From: an uncultured Gemmatimonadaceae bacterium | Lineage (GTDB): Bacteria > Gemmatimonadota > Gemmatimonadetes > Gemmatimonadales > Gemmatimonadaceae | Direction of reading: 5' to 3' | DNA: 64,000 nt | Assembly (NCBI GenBank): GCA_963740355.1 | Contig: CAVUDW010000002.1 | Span: forward strand, 1 to 64,000 | Shown: positions 8,600 through 18,347 of the stretch, piece after piece | Layout: every line of letters begins with the position of its first letter | How positions within the stretch are numbered: the stretch's first letter is position 1 | The notes under the pieces: model-generated | The model's database searches: none | What the model was told of the DNA's origin: nothing | The model's input: only the letters and a program-made list of their open reading frames with translations | Made by a program: the position numbers and the translations under genes

Positions 8600-9220
8600 C
8601 TAGCGCGCTTTCTGTTCGAGGAGGAAGGCCAGCGGTGCCTTCACGGTTTCCAGCAGCACATAGCGGATGCCGGAGAGATCCGTCAGCGAAATAGGGCTGC
8701 TACGTGTGGGTGAGCCGTACGCATGCAGGTCCAGCTTCCAGGCGGTGAGCAGCAGCCGCAACATATGAAAGCGATCGCTGACCAGCACGACGCTTTCGAA
8801 ATGCCGCGTTCGTGCCATCCGCGCCACCGCATGCATCTGCTCAGTGGTGCTGCGACTCTCGTCCTCGATGATGATCGCTGATGCCGGCACGCCGTGGCGT
8901 CTCGCATACCGCGCACTGGTTTCCGCCTCGCTCGTGATGTCGCCCTCGGCCTTGCCGCCGGTGACGATCAGCTTCGGTGCGATGCTGCGATTGTAGAGGC
9001 GGATGGCGTGCTCCAATCGTGCTTCCAGCACGGGAGAGGGCCGCCCAGCGTACTGCGCGGCGCCGAGCACGACGATCGCGTCGGCAGTGCGCGCTGAATC
9101 ACGGTTGCCCACCAACAGCACGGCCGCGAGTGAGACACTCCAGAGCAGCAGGAGCACCACCAGCACGCGGCCGATCAACCGCATCAGGCCACCAAGAAAC
9201 GATCGTTGTTTGCGAGCCAC
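8600..9220 (-). CDS. YdcF/ElyC/SanA (DUF218) family membrane-anchored protein
   Basis: N-terminal TM, DAIVVLGA, RL..A, TGG, SEA, E..S.ST, VSD.FHM.R motifs. Confidence 0.88.
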   Translation of the reverse strand: MARKQRSFLGGLMRLIGRVLVVLLLLWSVSLAAVLLVGNRDSARTADAIVVLGAAQYAGRPSPVLEARLEHAIRLYNRSIAPKLIVTGGKAEGDITSEAETSARYARRHGVPASAIIIEDESRSTTEQMHAVARMARTRHFESVVLVSDRFHMLRLLLTAWKLDLHAYGSPTRSSPISLTDLSGIRYVLLETVKAPLAFLLEQKAR

Positions 9221-9239
9221 GGCTAAGAATATCGGCGCG

Positions 9240-9821
9240 TCAGTCGGTCAGGCCGAGCATGGCGAGCCAGAAGACGTCGAACGAGATCCGTGCATTCCGG
9301 TCGGGCTCCACCACTTTGTCGAGCGCCAGTCCATCGACGAAGGCCACGAACGCATCAGCGATCAGCTGTGCTGGCACACGGGGACGGAGACCGAGGGCCT
9401 CGAACAGCTGCGTCGTCACCGCCTCGGCAGCGTCGCGGCGCGCGGTGGCGGTCGCACGAACCGCAGCCTGTACCGATTCACCCTGCACCAACGACAGGTC
9501 GAGCAGTGCACGCAGGTCGCCGCGCTCGAGTTCATCGGACAACCACTGCCAGAGTGCGTCGAGTGTCGCGGAGGCCGACACTCCCGTCAGTGCCGTCGCC
9601 TGCCGCGCCACGAGGCCGGCGCGCAGCCATTCCACGAGGCGCGCGAGCAGCTCGCCCTTGTCGTGGAAGTGGTAATGAATGAGCGCCTTGCTGACGCCCG
9701 CCGCCTCGGCCACGTCCTGCAGGCTGACGTCAGCGGCACCTTTCTGGATGATGCAGGCGCTGGTCGCCTCGAGAATGCGTCCCGCCGCCGCGCCGCGCGT
9801 GGTGCCTGTCGATTCCGTCAT
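9240..9821 (-). CDS. TetR/AcrR family transcriptional regulator
   Basis: N-terminal HTH SLQDVAEAAGVSKALIHYHFHDK. Confidence 0.9.
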   Translation of the reverse strand: MTESTGTTRGAAAGRILEATSACIIQKGAADVSLQDVAEAAGVSKALIHYHFHDKGELLARLVEWLRAGLVARQATALTGVSASATLDALWQWLSDELERGDLRALLDLSLVQGESVQAAVRATATARRDAAEAVTTQLFEALGLRPRVPAQLIADAFVAFVDGLALDKVVEPDRNARISFDVFWLAMLGLTD

Positions 9822-9885
9822 GGCAATTGCCTCCGCCCCAACCCTGGCACGGCACTGAACGCACGACTCTCAGGCCGGGCGCTCA

Positions 9886-11268
9886 TCAGAGCCGAACCTG
9901 ATCGCCAGGTGCCGGCGCCGTGACGTGGTATCCCTTCGCCGTGAGCGCAGCGCTCAAGGCCTCCTGTGCCGGTGGCTCACCATGCACCAGCAACACGCGC
10001 GTGAGCTGCGGAGAGGTGGACTTCACCGCGTCCAGCCACGCCGCCAGTTCCGTGCGATCGGCATGCGCCGAGTAGCCGTCGAGAATTTCGACTTCTGCCC
10101 GCAGTTGCACATCGGCGCCGAAGATGCGCAGGAACGGCCGCTTCTCCACGATGCGTCGACCCAGCGTATGCTCGGCCATGAATCCAACCACCAGGATGGT
10201 GTTCTTCGGATCGCTGGCCGCATGTTCGAGGTGATGCAAGACCCGGCCCGATTCGGCCATTCCTGACGGCGAGATGATGATCATCGGCCCGTGCATCGAA
10301 TTGAGCGACTTGCTCTCCTCGACATCACGCGTGTAGTGCACGAGATCGAAGTGGAAGAGTTCACTCACCGCACGCACGAGATCTTCGGAGTGATCGAAGC
10401 ACTCGGGGTGACGTTCGAACACATCGGTGGCCGATGTCGCCAGCGGACTGTCGATGTAAATCGGGAGGCGCGGAATGTCGCCAGCGCGGGCCAGGGCGTG
10501 CAGGTCGTACACGAGCTCCTGCACACGACCGACTGCAAAGGCCGGGATGATGACGCGACCACCACGAGCGGCCGTATCACGCACCACCTTGCCCAGTGCG
10601 GCACGCGCAGAGGTGATCGGCAGGTGATCGCGATTGCCGTACGTCGATTCCATGATCACGACATCAGCGCCGGTCGGCGGATGCGGATCGCGGATGATCG
10701 CCAGCCCTCTCCGTCCCACGTCGCCGGAGAACACGACCCGCACAGTCCGCCCCTCTTCCGTGCAATCGACCATCACCGAGGCTGAGCCAAGGATGTGGCC
10801 TGCATCCACGAAGCAGGCGCGAACGCCGGGCACCACGTCGAACCAGCGGTCGTAGGCGTAGGCCACCATCTGACGCAGCACCTGATCCGCGTCTTCGGGC
10901 TCGTACAGCGGCTCGGCGTGTTCCTTGTGCCGGCGTTCGAGGAACTCGGCGTCCTTGACCTGGATACGCGCCGAGTCGGCGAGCATGATCGAGCAGAGAT
11001 CACGGGTCGCGGCGGTGGCATGGATCGAACCCGTGTAGCCCGAGCGCACGAGGAATGGAAGGCGGCCGGCGTGATCGATGTGCGCGTGGCTGAGCACCAC
11101 ACCATCGATCTGGTCCACCGGCATCGGCAGCACCTTGTTCTTCTGGAGCGACTCCGCGCGGTGGCCCTGAAAGAGTCCGCAGTCGAGAAGGACGGTCTTG
11201 CCGCCGACTTCGAGAATGTGACACGACCCGGTGACTTCGTGGGCCGCACCCGAGAAGGTGATTTTCAT
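9886..11268 (-). CDS. Metallo-beta-lactamase / beta-CASP ribonuclease (YSH1-like)
   Basis: [42 protein letters not shown] motifs. Confidence 0.9.
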   Translation of the reverse strand: MKITFSGAAHEVTGSCHILEVGGKTVLLDCGLFQGHRAESLQKNKVLPMPVDQIDGVVLSHAHIDHAGRLPFLVRSGYTGSIHATAATRDLCSIMLADSARIQVKDAEFLERRHKEHAEPLYEPEDADQVLRQMVAYAYDRWFDVVPGVRACFVDAGHILGSASVMVDCTEEGRTVRVVFSGDVGRRGLAIIRDPHPPTGADVVIMESTYGNRDHLPITSARAALGKVVRDTAARGGRVIIPAFAVGRVQELVYDLHALARAGDIPRLPIYIDSPLATSATDVFERHPECFDHSEDLVRAVSELFHFDLVHYTRDVEESKSLNSMHGPMIIISPSGMAESGRVLHHLEHAASDPKNTILVVGFMAEHTLGRRIVEKRPFLRIFGADVQLRAEVEILDGYSAHADRTELAAWLDAVKSTSPQLTRVLLVHGEPPAQEALSAALTAKGYHVTAPAPGDQVRL

Positions 11269-11355
11269 GTCGTGATCATACCTTGTTGCGGCATGGTTCG
11301 CCTACGCGCAGTGACACCCTTCCGTTCGCCAGCATCCCGTCAGCATCTTGAGATC

Positions 11356-12009
11356 GTGACATACGACAATTCCTCCGATTTCGATGGCGTGACGCTGGTA
11401 CGCCATCCCCTCGTGCAGCATAAGGTGACTCGCCTGCGCGATCGCAGCGCACCGACCAAGCTGTTCAAGGAGCTGGTCGACGAACTGGCGATGCTGCTCG
11501 CGTACGAGGCCACGTCGACGCTGGCGCTGGAGCCCTACCCGGTGGAGACGCCGCTCGAGACGCACACGGGCGTCACGGTACAGGGGAAGAAGCTGACTGT
11601 CGTGCCGATCCTGCGCGCCGGCCTGGGCATGGTGGAGGGCGTGTTACGCCTCGTGCCTGGTGCACGGGTTGGCCACATCGGACTCTACCGCGATCACGAC
11701 ACCCTCGAACCGGTGGACTACTACTTCAAGGTGCCGGCGGATGCGGCAGACCGCGCCTTCATCCTGCTCGATCCGATGCTCGCAACGGGTGGCAGTGCCG
11801 CCGCCGCTGTCTCGTCGCTGAAGCGCGCTGGCGCCGAGCGGATCACGTTCATGTGCATCGTCGCCGCGCCAGAAGGGCTGAAGCGGCTGCGTGAGGCTCA
11901 TCCGGACGTGCCGATCATCTGTGCCGCGATCGACCGCGGGCTGAATGAACATGGCTACATCGTGCCCGGGCTTGGCGATGCCGGCGACCGATTGTTCGGC
12001 ACACGATAG
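11356..12009 (+). CDS. upp: Uracil phosphoribosyltransferase
   Basis: [44 protein letters not shown] start at 11356. Confidence 0.96.
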   Translation: MTYDNSSDFDGVTLVRHPLVQHKVTRLRDRSAPTKLFKELVDELAMLLAYEATSTLALEPYPVETPLETHTGVTVQGKKLTVVPILRAGLGMVEGVLRLVPGARVGHIGLYRDHDTLEPVDYYFKVPADAADRAFILLDPMLATGGSAAAAVSSLKRAGAERITFMCIVAAPEGLKRLREAHPDVPIICAAIDRGLNEHGYIVPGLGDAGDRLFGTR

Positions 12010-12054
12010 GGCTGTCCGGCAAACGACGACAACCGACGCAGGGCGACCGACCTG

Positions 12055-12711
12055 TCAGTTGAACCACTCGCGCGGTGACTCACGCTGCTGCTGCGTCGCG
12101 TTGAGCACCCATTGCTGGTCGTCGCGATCGATGATCTCGCCTTCCACCTTGTCGAACCACTCGTCCGCCAGCTGCGCCTCCCCTACTCGGCGCCATAACT
12201 CACCGACGAGATAGGTCAGCACGGCGCGTTCCGATGGTGGCACGGTGCCGTGCATTGCCAGTGCTTCGGTGAAGCGTTGGGCGGCGGCGCGGCGGAAGAA
12301 GCGCTCGCCTTCATGATCGTCGTCGTCCACGCAACACCAGGCCGCGCGCAGCAGAAGGTCGGCGATGTGTCGCGGATGTTCGCCCTGCCATTCGGCGACA
12401 CGGGCGGCCGCTTCGTAGCGATCGCTGGGGGAGACGAGGAGATCCTGCGCCACCTGCGGCGTGAGCACCGTCAGCACCTGTGACCGCACGTGGGCCGACA
12501 CCTCGGTGCCTTCGACGAAGCTCCGCTCGAGGCCACTGAAGCCGCAGGCCGAGCAGGTGTGCACGAGGTAGGGCAACGGCTGTGCGCCCGCGGCGCGCTC
12601 GTGAAAATCCGTGCGCTTGCCGCCGAATGAGTTCGTCGACGCCACCGACTGTGAGCGGAAGTGGTTGTCGCAAACCGGACAGACCAGATCGATCGGCTGC
12701 AAGCTGGTCAT
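12055..12711 (-). CDS. DUF2225 family protein (Zn-ribbon plus helical repeat)
   Basis: CPVC and CSACGF Cys pairs, TDF, LRAAW, YLVGELWRRVG; ATG start at 12711. Confidence 0.75.
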   Translation of the reverse strand: MTSLQPIDLVCPVCDNHFRSQSVASTNSFGGKRTDFHERAAGAQPLPYLVHTCSACGFSGLERSFVEGTEVSAHVRSQVLTVLTPQVAQDLLVSPSDRYEAAARVAEWQGEHPRHIADLLLRAAWCCVDDDDHEGERFFRRAAAQRFTEALAMHGTVPPSERAVLTYLVGELWRRVGEAQLADEWFDKVEGEIIDRDDQQWVLNATQQQRESPREWFN

Positions 12712-12831
12712 TCGGGTATTCTGGTGGGCTGTAACTTGCTCCCTTGTACGTGTCCCCGACGCGCCATAGAATCCGCGTTGGTCGTCAGCGCTCGTATCCC
12801 GGGCTTGGCACGATATCCGAAAATAAGGCCG

Positions 12832-13773
12832 ATGCTCATCAATTTGCTCCCCGACTTCCTGGCCGTGCTTCAGAGTGCGGATCGGGTTGCGGCGTACGAG
12901 CGCTACTTCGCTGCCAACAAGGCGCTTCTCTCCGCGTACTGGGACAACTACGTGGTGGATCCGACGGGTCCACACGTCGGGGAGATCATCCGGAAGACGG
13001 TCGCCGCGGATCGCACCGACCTGCTTGGCGTGCTCGATCGTGAGCCGCTGGTGCTGCGCGCTCGGCAGACGATGGCGCAGGCGATGAGCACCCTCGAGAT
13101 CACCGAGGAGCCGGACGTGGTGCTGATGGTCGGCGTCGGCGCGGCCAACGCCGGCGAGCTGGTGATCGACGGGCGCCCGGTGGCATTCGTCTGCCTCGAG
13201 CATTTCACGGGTGAACGGAATCCGGACACCGATTCGCTCGGCCTCGACCCAGCGCTGATGCCGCCATGGCTGGCGCACGAAATCGCGCACGGCGTGCGGT
13301 ACACGGCCAAGGACAGCCGCAGCGACATGCGGACGCTGGTAGCCGAAAATGGTGGCTACTACTCGTTCTGGGACACGGGCAAGCGCGCCACGCTGCGCGA
13401 GCTGCTGGTGAACGAGGGCCTCGCGACCCATGCGGCGCAGGCGGTCTGCAGTGGCTACGCGCCCTGGGAGTATCTGGGTTACGGTCGCCGGCAGTATGCG
13501 CGCATCCGCGAACTGGAGCCGCTGCTGGCTCGCACTATCGGCAACGACCTCGATCGCAACGGCCTCGGTCTCCGCCTGCGCTGGTTGAGCGATGGCACCA
13601 GCGACGACGCCCGCACCGTCGAGCGTCACGTGATCCCTGAACGCGCCGGCTACTTCCTCGGCCAATCCCTCGTCGCGCCCGCCGTCTCCGAACGCGGCAT
13701 CGCCTGGGCCCTCCGTGCCAGCACCCGCGAACTGATGGACGTCGGCCGATCCGCAGCTGCGGTCAGCGCCTGA
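12832..13773 (+). CDS. Putative Zn-dependent protease (DUF2268-like zincin)
   Basis: HEIAH, downstream NEGLA and AGYFLG; ATG start at 12832. Confidence 0.6.
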   Translation: MLINLLPDFLAVLQSADRVAAYERYFAANKALLSAYWDNYVVDPTGPHVGEIIRKTVAADRTDLLGVLDREPLVLRARQTMAQAMSTLEITEEPDVVLMVGVGAANAGELVIDGRPVAFVCLEHFTGERNPDTDSLGLDPALMPPWLAHEIAHGVRYTAKDSRSDMRTLVAENGGYYSFWDTGKRATLRELLVNEGLATHAAQAVCSGYAPWEYLGYGRRQYARIRELEPLLARTIGNDLDRNGLGLRLRWLSDGTSDDARTVERHVIPERAGYFLGQSLVAPAVSERGIAWALRASTRELMDVGRSAAAVSA

Positions 13774-13927
13774 ACTGAAACCGCGAACAGCTTTAACGCA
13801 GAACTGAACAGCCGCGGAACTGAACGGCCGCGGAACGGCAAGGGCAACAGCTCAACTGCCTTGACGCAAAACTGCTGACAGGGATACGGCAACAGCCGCA
13901 AAACTGCGAACAGCCGCAAAACTGCGC
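13774..13927. repeat. Dispersed intergenic repeat, copy 2 (left arm flanking the IS)
   Basis: TTTAACGCAGAACTGAACAGCCGCGG... TTGACGCAAAACTGCT..GGGATACGGCAACAGCCGCAA; inverted match to ~15400-15489. Confidence 0.8.
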
Positions 13928-13980
13928 GTGCGGAGTGTCTAGTCCTAAATAATGTCTACACAGGGTGCAGGCGGTCTGGG

Positions 13981-14852
13981 TTAGGCCGCCTGGTGAAACA
14001 CGGCGTGCGGGGTTTGGAGCGCGAGACTCCAGTGCGTGCGGACGGTGTTGTAGATCGTGACCGCGTGGGTGACCGCCGCGCGCGCGTCGGCCAGCGAGGG
14101 GAAGACGGCATCGAGGTCGAATTCATCTTTCAGGATGCCGTTCACGCGTTCGGCGACCGCATTCTGATAGCAGTGGGCGCCGTCCGTCGTGCTCGGGAGC
14201 ATGCGATGGGCGTGCAGCTGCTGGACGTACGCGTGGCAACAATATTGACTGCCGCGATCCGAGTGGTGCACGATGCCCTGACAGTCACCCAGCGTCTGCT
14301 GCGCGGCCGCGAGCGCCTGCAGCGCGCCCTGCGGCGAGAGATCGGTGCGAAGATGCCAGCCGACGATGTGGCGCGCGTACAGGTCGGTGACGAGAAACAG
14401 GTACGCAAACGCGCCGTGCTCGAGCCGCAGGTACGTGATGTCGCTCACGACGACCTGGCGCGCGCCGGTGACGGTGAGCGTCTTGAGGCGATTGGGCGCC
14501 ACGACGTAGGGATGGTGCGCATACGTCGTCTGCGTGGCGCGGCGCTTCCGGGCCACGAGGCGCCCCGTGGTGCGGAGCACCGTGAACAGGCGGTCCCGCC
14601 CCACGGTCACCCCTGCGGTCGTGAGGGCGTCGTGCAGCTTCCGCGTCCCGACGCGCGGCTGGACGCGGCGGAGGGCATCGACCTGCGCGATCACCGCGGC
14701 GTCCGGGTCGGTGTCTGCGTCGCTCCCGCGGCGCTGTCGCTTGTAGTAGGCGTCGCGGGTGCAGCCGAGCGTGCGGCAGACCCCGGCGACGGTGTGCGCG
14801 GTGTCGGCCGGGGCGCAGAGGACGGCAGCGGCGGCGTACCAAAGTTTTTTTT
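13981..14852 (-). CDS. IS3 OrfB, DDE integrase domain, expressed as OrfAB by -1 frameshift
   Basis: VSDITY, HHSDRGSQY, NAVAERVNGILKDEF; frame open up to the A8 run at 14845-14852 (KKLWYAAA..VCRTLGCTRDAYYK). Confidence 0.9.
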
Positions 14853-15155
14853 GATGTCGATCTTGTAGTGTTTGTTCGCCTGGGTGATCAGCTCGTCGAA
14901 CACCTGCAGCTTGAGATGCGCCTCGGCCAGGGCCTTCTCCAACGCCGCAATCCGATCCTGCTCGCTCTTCATGACCACCTCCACGATGTCGCGTTTCGGC
15001 TGGAACCGGCCGTACTCCCGCAGCCAGGTCTGCACCATGGCCACGGTGGTCTGCGCATCCCGCGCGGCTTCGCGCATCGACAGATGCCCGCCCTCAATCT
15101 CCTCGACGAGCCGCTGCTTCAAGTCCGGACTGTACTGGTGAAACGATCGGGCCAT
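14691..15155 (-). CDS. IS3 OrfA (HTH plus coiled coil)
   Basis: YSPDLKQRLVEEI..SMREAAR..VQTWLREYG HTH; IKKNF at the slippery site. Confidence 0.88.
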   Translation of the reverse strand: MARSFHQYSPDLKQRLVEEIEGGHLSMREAARDAQTTVAMVQTWLREYGRFQPKRDIVEVVMKSEQDRIAALEKALAEAHLKLQVFDELITQANKHYKIDIKKNFGTPPLPSSAPRPTPRTPSPGSAARSAAPATPTTSDSAAGATQTPTRTPR

Positions 15156-15284
15156 GGGTCTACGTCTCCAACGGCGGGGGACGTGTAGACGCTAATCAGG
15201 ACGTGACACTGCGATGAACGTGAGTCTGTTCTTTTTTGGGAACAACTCGCCCATAAATCATCCGAATCCAAGGCCCTTTACCAA

Positions 15285-15489
15285 AGCCGTTGCAGTTGCC
15301 GTGGCTGTTGCCGTTCTGCGGCTGTTCTGTCCTGCGGCTGTTGCTGTATCGCCGTTTATCTGTTCTGCGTTATGGCAGTTTGCAGTGGCAGTTTGCAGTG
15401 GCAGTTTTGCGGCCGTGTGCTCTGTTGCGGCTGTTGCCGTATCCCCGAGCCGTTTTGCGTCAAAGCCGTTGCTCTTGCCGTTGCGTTCA
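15285..15489. repeat. Dispersed intergenic repeat, copy 3 (right arm, reverse orientation)
   Basis: Reverse complement AACGGCAAGAGCAACGGCTTTGACGCAAAACGGCTCGGGGATACGGCAACAGCCGCAA matches ~13833-13902. Confidence 0.8.
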
Positions 15490-15510
15490 GCGATTGATGA
15501 TCATTGAACG

Positions 15511-15545
15511 AAGAAGGGCGCCTGCTCGATGCAGGCGCCCTTCTT
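15511..15545 (-). terminator. Terminator hairpin after yidC
   Basis: 15-bp perfect stem AAGAAGGGCGCCTGC/GCAGGCGCCCTTCTT. Confidence 0.75.
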
Positions 15546-15563
15546 AGCTGTTACGAAACAGAA

Positions 15564-17285
15564 TCAGCCTTTCTTCGATTTCGCCGGTGTGCCCTTGTCG
15601 CTGTAAACAACCGGCTTGCCCTTCGCCTTCAGGCGCTCGTTGGAGATGAGCCACTGTTGCGGGAGGGCGGCGATGTTCTGGACCATGTAGTAGAGGTTCA
15701 GGCCCGCGGCGGCGCTGAAGAAGAACGCGAACATCATCGCCGGGAACATGTAGGCCATGATCTTGGCCTGCGGGTTCGGTGGCACACCGCGCATACCGAT
15801 CCAGCTGAGCAGGAAGGCGCTACCGGCCATCAGGAGCGGGATGATGAACGTCGGGTCCTTCTGCGAGATGTCGGCCAGGTGCAGGAACGGCACGCCACGG
15901 AACTCGATCGTGTTCTGGAACACGAAGAAGAGCGTGATGAACACCGGCATCGGCAGCAGCATCGGCAAGCAGCCCGAGAGTGCGCTGAAGGGGCTCATGT
16001 CGTGCTCCTTGTACACGCGCATCACTTCGGCCTGCATCTTCTGCGGATCCGACTTGAACTTCTCCTGCACCGCCTGAAGCTCTGGCTGCAGGATCTGCAT
16101 CTTCATAGACGTGCGCATGGCACGCTGGTTGAAGGGCCAGAGCAGCAGTCGCACCGCGACGCCGAAGATCACGAGCACCCAGCCGTAGTTCAGCTTGAGC
16201 GAATCGTGCATCCAGAGCAGCGCCTTCATCACCATCGTGGCGAACGGCTGCACGAAACCCTGCAGCCAGCCGCCGTACGGATTGCTGTTCTCGAAGTCGC
16301 GGCCGAGTGCCACCAGGCGCCGCCATTCCTGCGGGCCGGCGTAGAGCTCGAATCGGAAGGTGCCGTCCTGCAATGACTGCAGTGCAGTGGCAACGACGCG
16401 ACTTTCCAGCTTGCCCGTCTTCGGGCCGCCAGTCACCGTCACTTCATCGAACGGACGATCGCCGGGCGACGTGAGCAGGCCGGTGATGAAGAACTTGTTC
16501 TTCGACGCGACCCAGGTGAACGGGCCTTCCTGCAACTCCTTTTCGCCTGGATCGAGCTTGCTGAAGGCGATGCTCGAGGTGTTACCGCCCTTCACCGGCT
16601 TCATCGCGACCGCGAGATGGCGCTGATCTTCGCTCGAATCGGCTTCGGTCGAGTTGATGCCCGACGGCAGCGTGATGCGGAGAAATGCCGGCGAAGTGAG
16701 GCCGGTGACCTTGCCGCCGACGCGCACGAGGAAGCTGTCGGGCCGGAAGGCGTAGGTGATCTGCACGTTCGCATTGCCGGACTGGCCGGTATACGTCACC
16801 GTGCGCGCATCGACGCGGGCCGAGGTGAACGGCACGCCCGCGAGATCGATGACGCGATTGCCGGTCGGCTCCTTCACGATGACCGCGTACTGGATCAGCG
16901 CTTCGCCCGGGCGAACCAATTCCACTGGCTCCGGCGTCGACGGACCCTTCGTCAGCTGCTTGTAGCCGTTGAGTACGACCGAGACCGGGGCTGCGCCGAC
17001 GCTGCTGATGCGGAAGGTGCTGCGGTCGCTGGTGAGTGCGGCCGTGTCGACGGTGATGGCGGCGACGGCCGGAGTGCCTGGCGCGGCCGAGATCGTCGGT
17101 TGACCAGCGGCGGCCGTCGGCAACACTGCGGCCGCCGTACCCGGCGCGACCGGCGTGGCACCAGCGGTGGGTGCGGTGGTCGCGGCGACTGGCTTGACCG
17201 GCGGCTTCGCAGGCGGGAACAGGTACTGTGTAAGGCCGATCACCGCCGCCGACAGGGCGAGGGCGAGCAGCATGCGCTTGTTCAT
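15564..17285 (-). CDS. yidC: Membrane protein insertase YidC
   Basis: N-terminal TM, periplasmic domain, LYAGP, YGW, GCLPMLL, GLNLYY, QQW; conserved rpmH-rnpA-yidD-yidC order. Confidence 0.95.
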   Translation of the reverse strand: MNKRMLLALALSAAVIGLTQYLFPPAKPPVKPVAATTAPTAGATPVAPGTAAAVLPTAAAGQPTISAAPGTPAVAAITVDTAALTSDRSTFRISSVGAAPVSVVLNGYKQLTKGPSTPEPVELVRPGEALIQYAVIVKEPTGNRVIDLAGVPFTSARVDARTVTYTGQSGNANVQITYAFRPDSFLVRVGGKVTGLTSPAFLRITLPSGINSTEADSSEDQRHLAVAMKPVKGGNTSSIAFSKLDPGEKELQEGPFTWVASKNKFFITGLLTSPGDRPFDEVTVTGGPKTGKLESRVVATALQSLQDGTFRFELYAGPQEWRRLVALGRDFENSNPYGGWLQGFVQPFATMVMKALLWMHDSLKLNYGWVLVIFGVAVRLLLWPFNQRAMRTSMKMQILQPELQAVQEKFKSDPQKMQAEVMRVYKEHDMSPFSALSGCLPMLLPMPVFITLFFVFQNTIEFRGVPFLHLADISQKDPTFIIPLLMAGSAFLLSWIGMRGVPPNPQAKIMAYMFPAMMFAFFFSAAAGLNLYYMVQNIAALPQQWLISNERLKAKGKPVVYSDKGTPAKSKKG

Positions 17286-17360
17286 ACTGGGATGTCGAGG
17301 GTCAGGCGATGCGCAGGCGGGGTGCGCGAGGGGCGCGGACGCGTGCGACAGTCGGAAGGG

Positions 17361-17633
17361 TCAAGGAACAGGGTCGTGTCCGCCGGGGCGGAACGGATGG
17401 CATCTGGCAATACGCCTCGCCGCCAGCCATGACCCACGAACGACGCCGTGGCGCTCGATCGCTTCCACGGCGTACGCCGAACAGGTGGGAGTATAGCGGC
17501 AGGAGGCTGGAAACAGCGGCGACACGAAGAGCTGGTAAACGCGGATCAGCGCCGTCGCCGCCCACCGTCCAGCCCGAGCAACCGTCGAGACTTTTCTGGC
17601 GACCTGATCGGCGCCGCTCGATTCGCTGGTCAC
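17361..17633 (-). CDS. yidD: Membrane protein insertion efficiency factor YidD
   Basis: [30 protein letters not shown] start overlapping the rnpA stop. Confidence 0.92.
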   Translation of the reverse strand: MTSESSGADQVARKVSTVARAGRWAATALIRVYQLFVSPLFPASCRYTPTCSAYAVEAIERHGVVRGSWLAARRIARCHPFRPGGHDPVP

Positions 17634-17992
17634 GACGCGTCCGGCGACACCGTCGACAGCCGTCGGGTGATCGTTTCCACGTCGCGACTGAGCACCGCCC
17701 ACCCCTGCGCATAGGCACTGGGAAGCGTACGGATGACGACGTCCTGTGGTGTCAGCGACGGTAGCACGGTCACCCGCAGCAGCTCCCGCAGGCGCCGCTT
17801 GAGGCGATTCCGCGCGACGCTGTTTTGCCCATGCTTCGGCACGATGAACCCCACTCGCGCGAACGACAAAGGGGAAGCCGCGACGCGGAGCTCAAGATGC
17901 GAGCCCCGCACACGCTTCCCCTCACGCCGCACTCGTTCCAGATCCGACTTTCTCGTGAGACGTTGATCTCGCGAGAAACGGAGCGAATCAGA
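17630..17992 (-). CDS. rnpA: Ribonuclease P protein component (start codon unresolved)
   Basis: [21 protein letters not shown] (RNR motif), DVVI; conserved RL.RKSD..V..G N-terminus lies upstream of the first GTG (17932). Confidence 0.9.
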   Translation of the reverse strand, partial: SDSLRFSRDQRLTRKSDLERVRREGKRVRGSHLELRVAASPLSFARVGFIVPKHGQNSVARNRLKRRLRELLRVTVLPSLTPQDVVIRTLPSAYAQGWAVLSRDVETITRRLSTVSPDAS

Positions 17993-18152
17993 CGCCGGCG
18001 TACTTGCTCGGCAATGAAACGGCCAACGACTTGCGGCCCTTCTTGCGACGACGGCTGAGCACGGCGCGGCCCCAACGATCGGCCATGCGGGCGCGGAAGC
18101 CGTGCTTGCGGATACGACGCTTGTTTCGGGGGCGGTACGTGGGCTTGCCCAT
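17988..18152 (-). CDS. rpmH: 50S ribosomal protein L34
   Basis: [43 protein letters not shown]; 54 aa. Confidence 0.97.
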   Translation of the reverse strand: MGKPTYRPRNKRRIRKHGFRARMADRWGRAVLSRRRKKGRKSLAVSLPSKYAGV

Positions 18153-18347
18153 ATGTACTCCAGGTGCGTTCGCTGAGATTCTTGGAAAGAGTGCCAAACC
18201 TATTCAGGACAAGCACTTCGGTCAAGTCAGGTCGTGTTGCTTGTGACTTGCCCGGACACACGGTATCAGGCGTGACGGCGGTTTGCTAAGCGAGGCGCGT
18301 CCCTGTAAACTCGCGCTCCCTAAGTGAATTCCACCCCGCTGCACGTA

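Larger units (their letters stand above)
13936..15208 (-). mobile_element. IS3-family insertion sequence, 1273 bp
   Basis: 26-bp imperfect terminal IRs TGTCTAGTCCTAAATAATGTCTACAC (13936-13961) and TGTCACGTCCTGATTAGCGTCTACAC (reverse complement of 15183-15208), 5'-TG..CA-3' ends; orfA plus orfB; no target duplication seen. Confidence 0.92.

Noticed and set aside
10795..11355. Long N-terminal extensions in the ORF track (upp, DUF2225, parB, hisF, hisH, permease)
   Set aside because: They overlap neighbouring real genes; family homology begins at the downstream starts given.
9240..13773. beta-CASP nuclease, DUF2225 and zincin as a possible defence system
   Set aside because: Genes are in mixed orientations, interleaved with upp, and have host-like composition; nothing supports a joint system.
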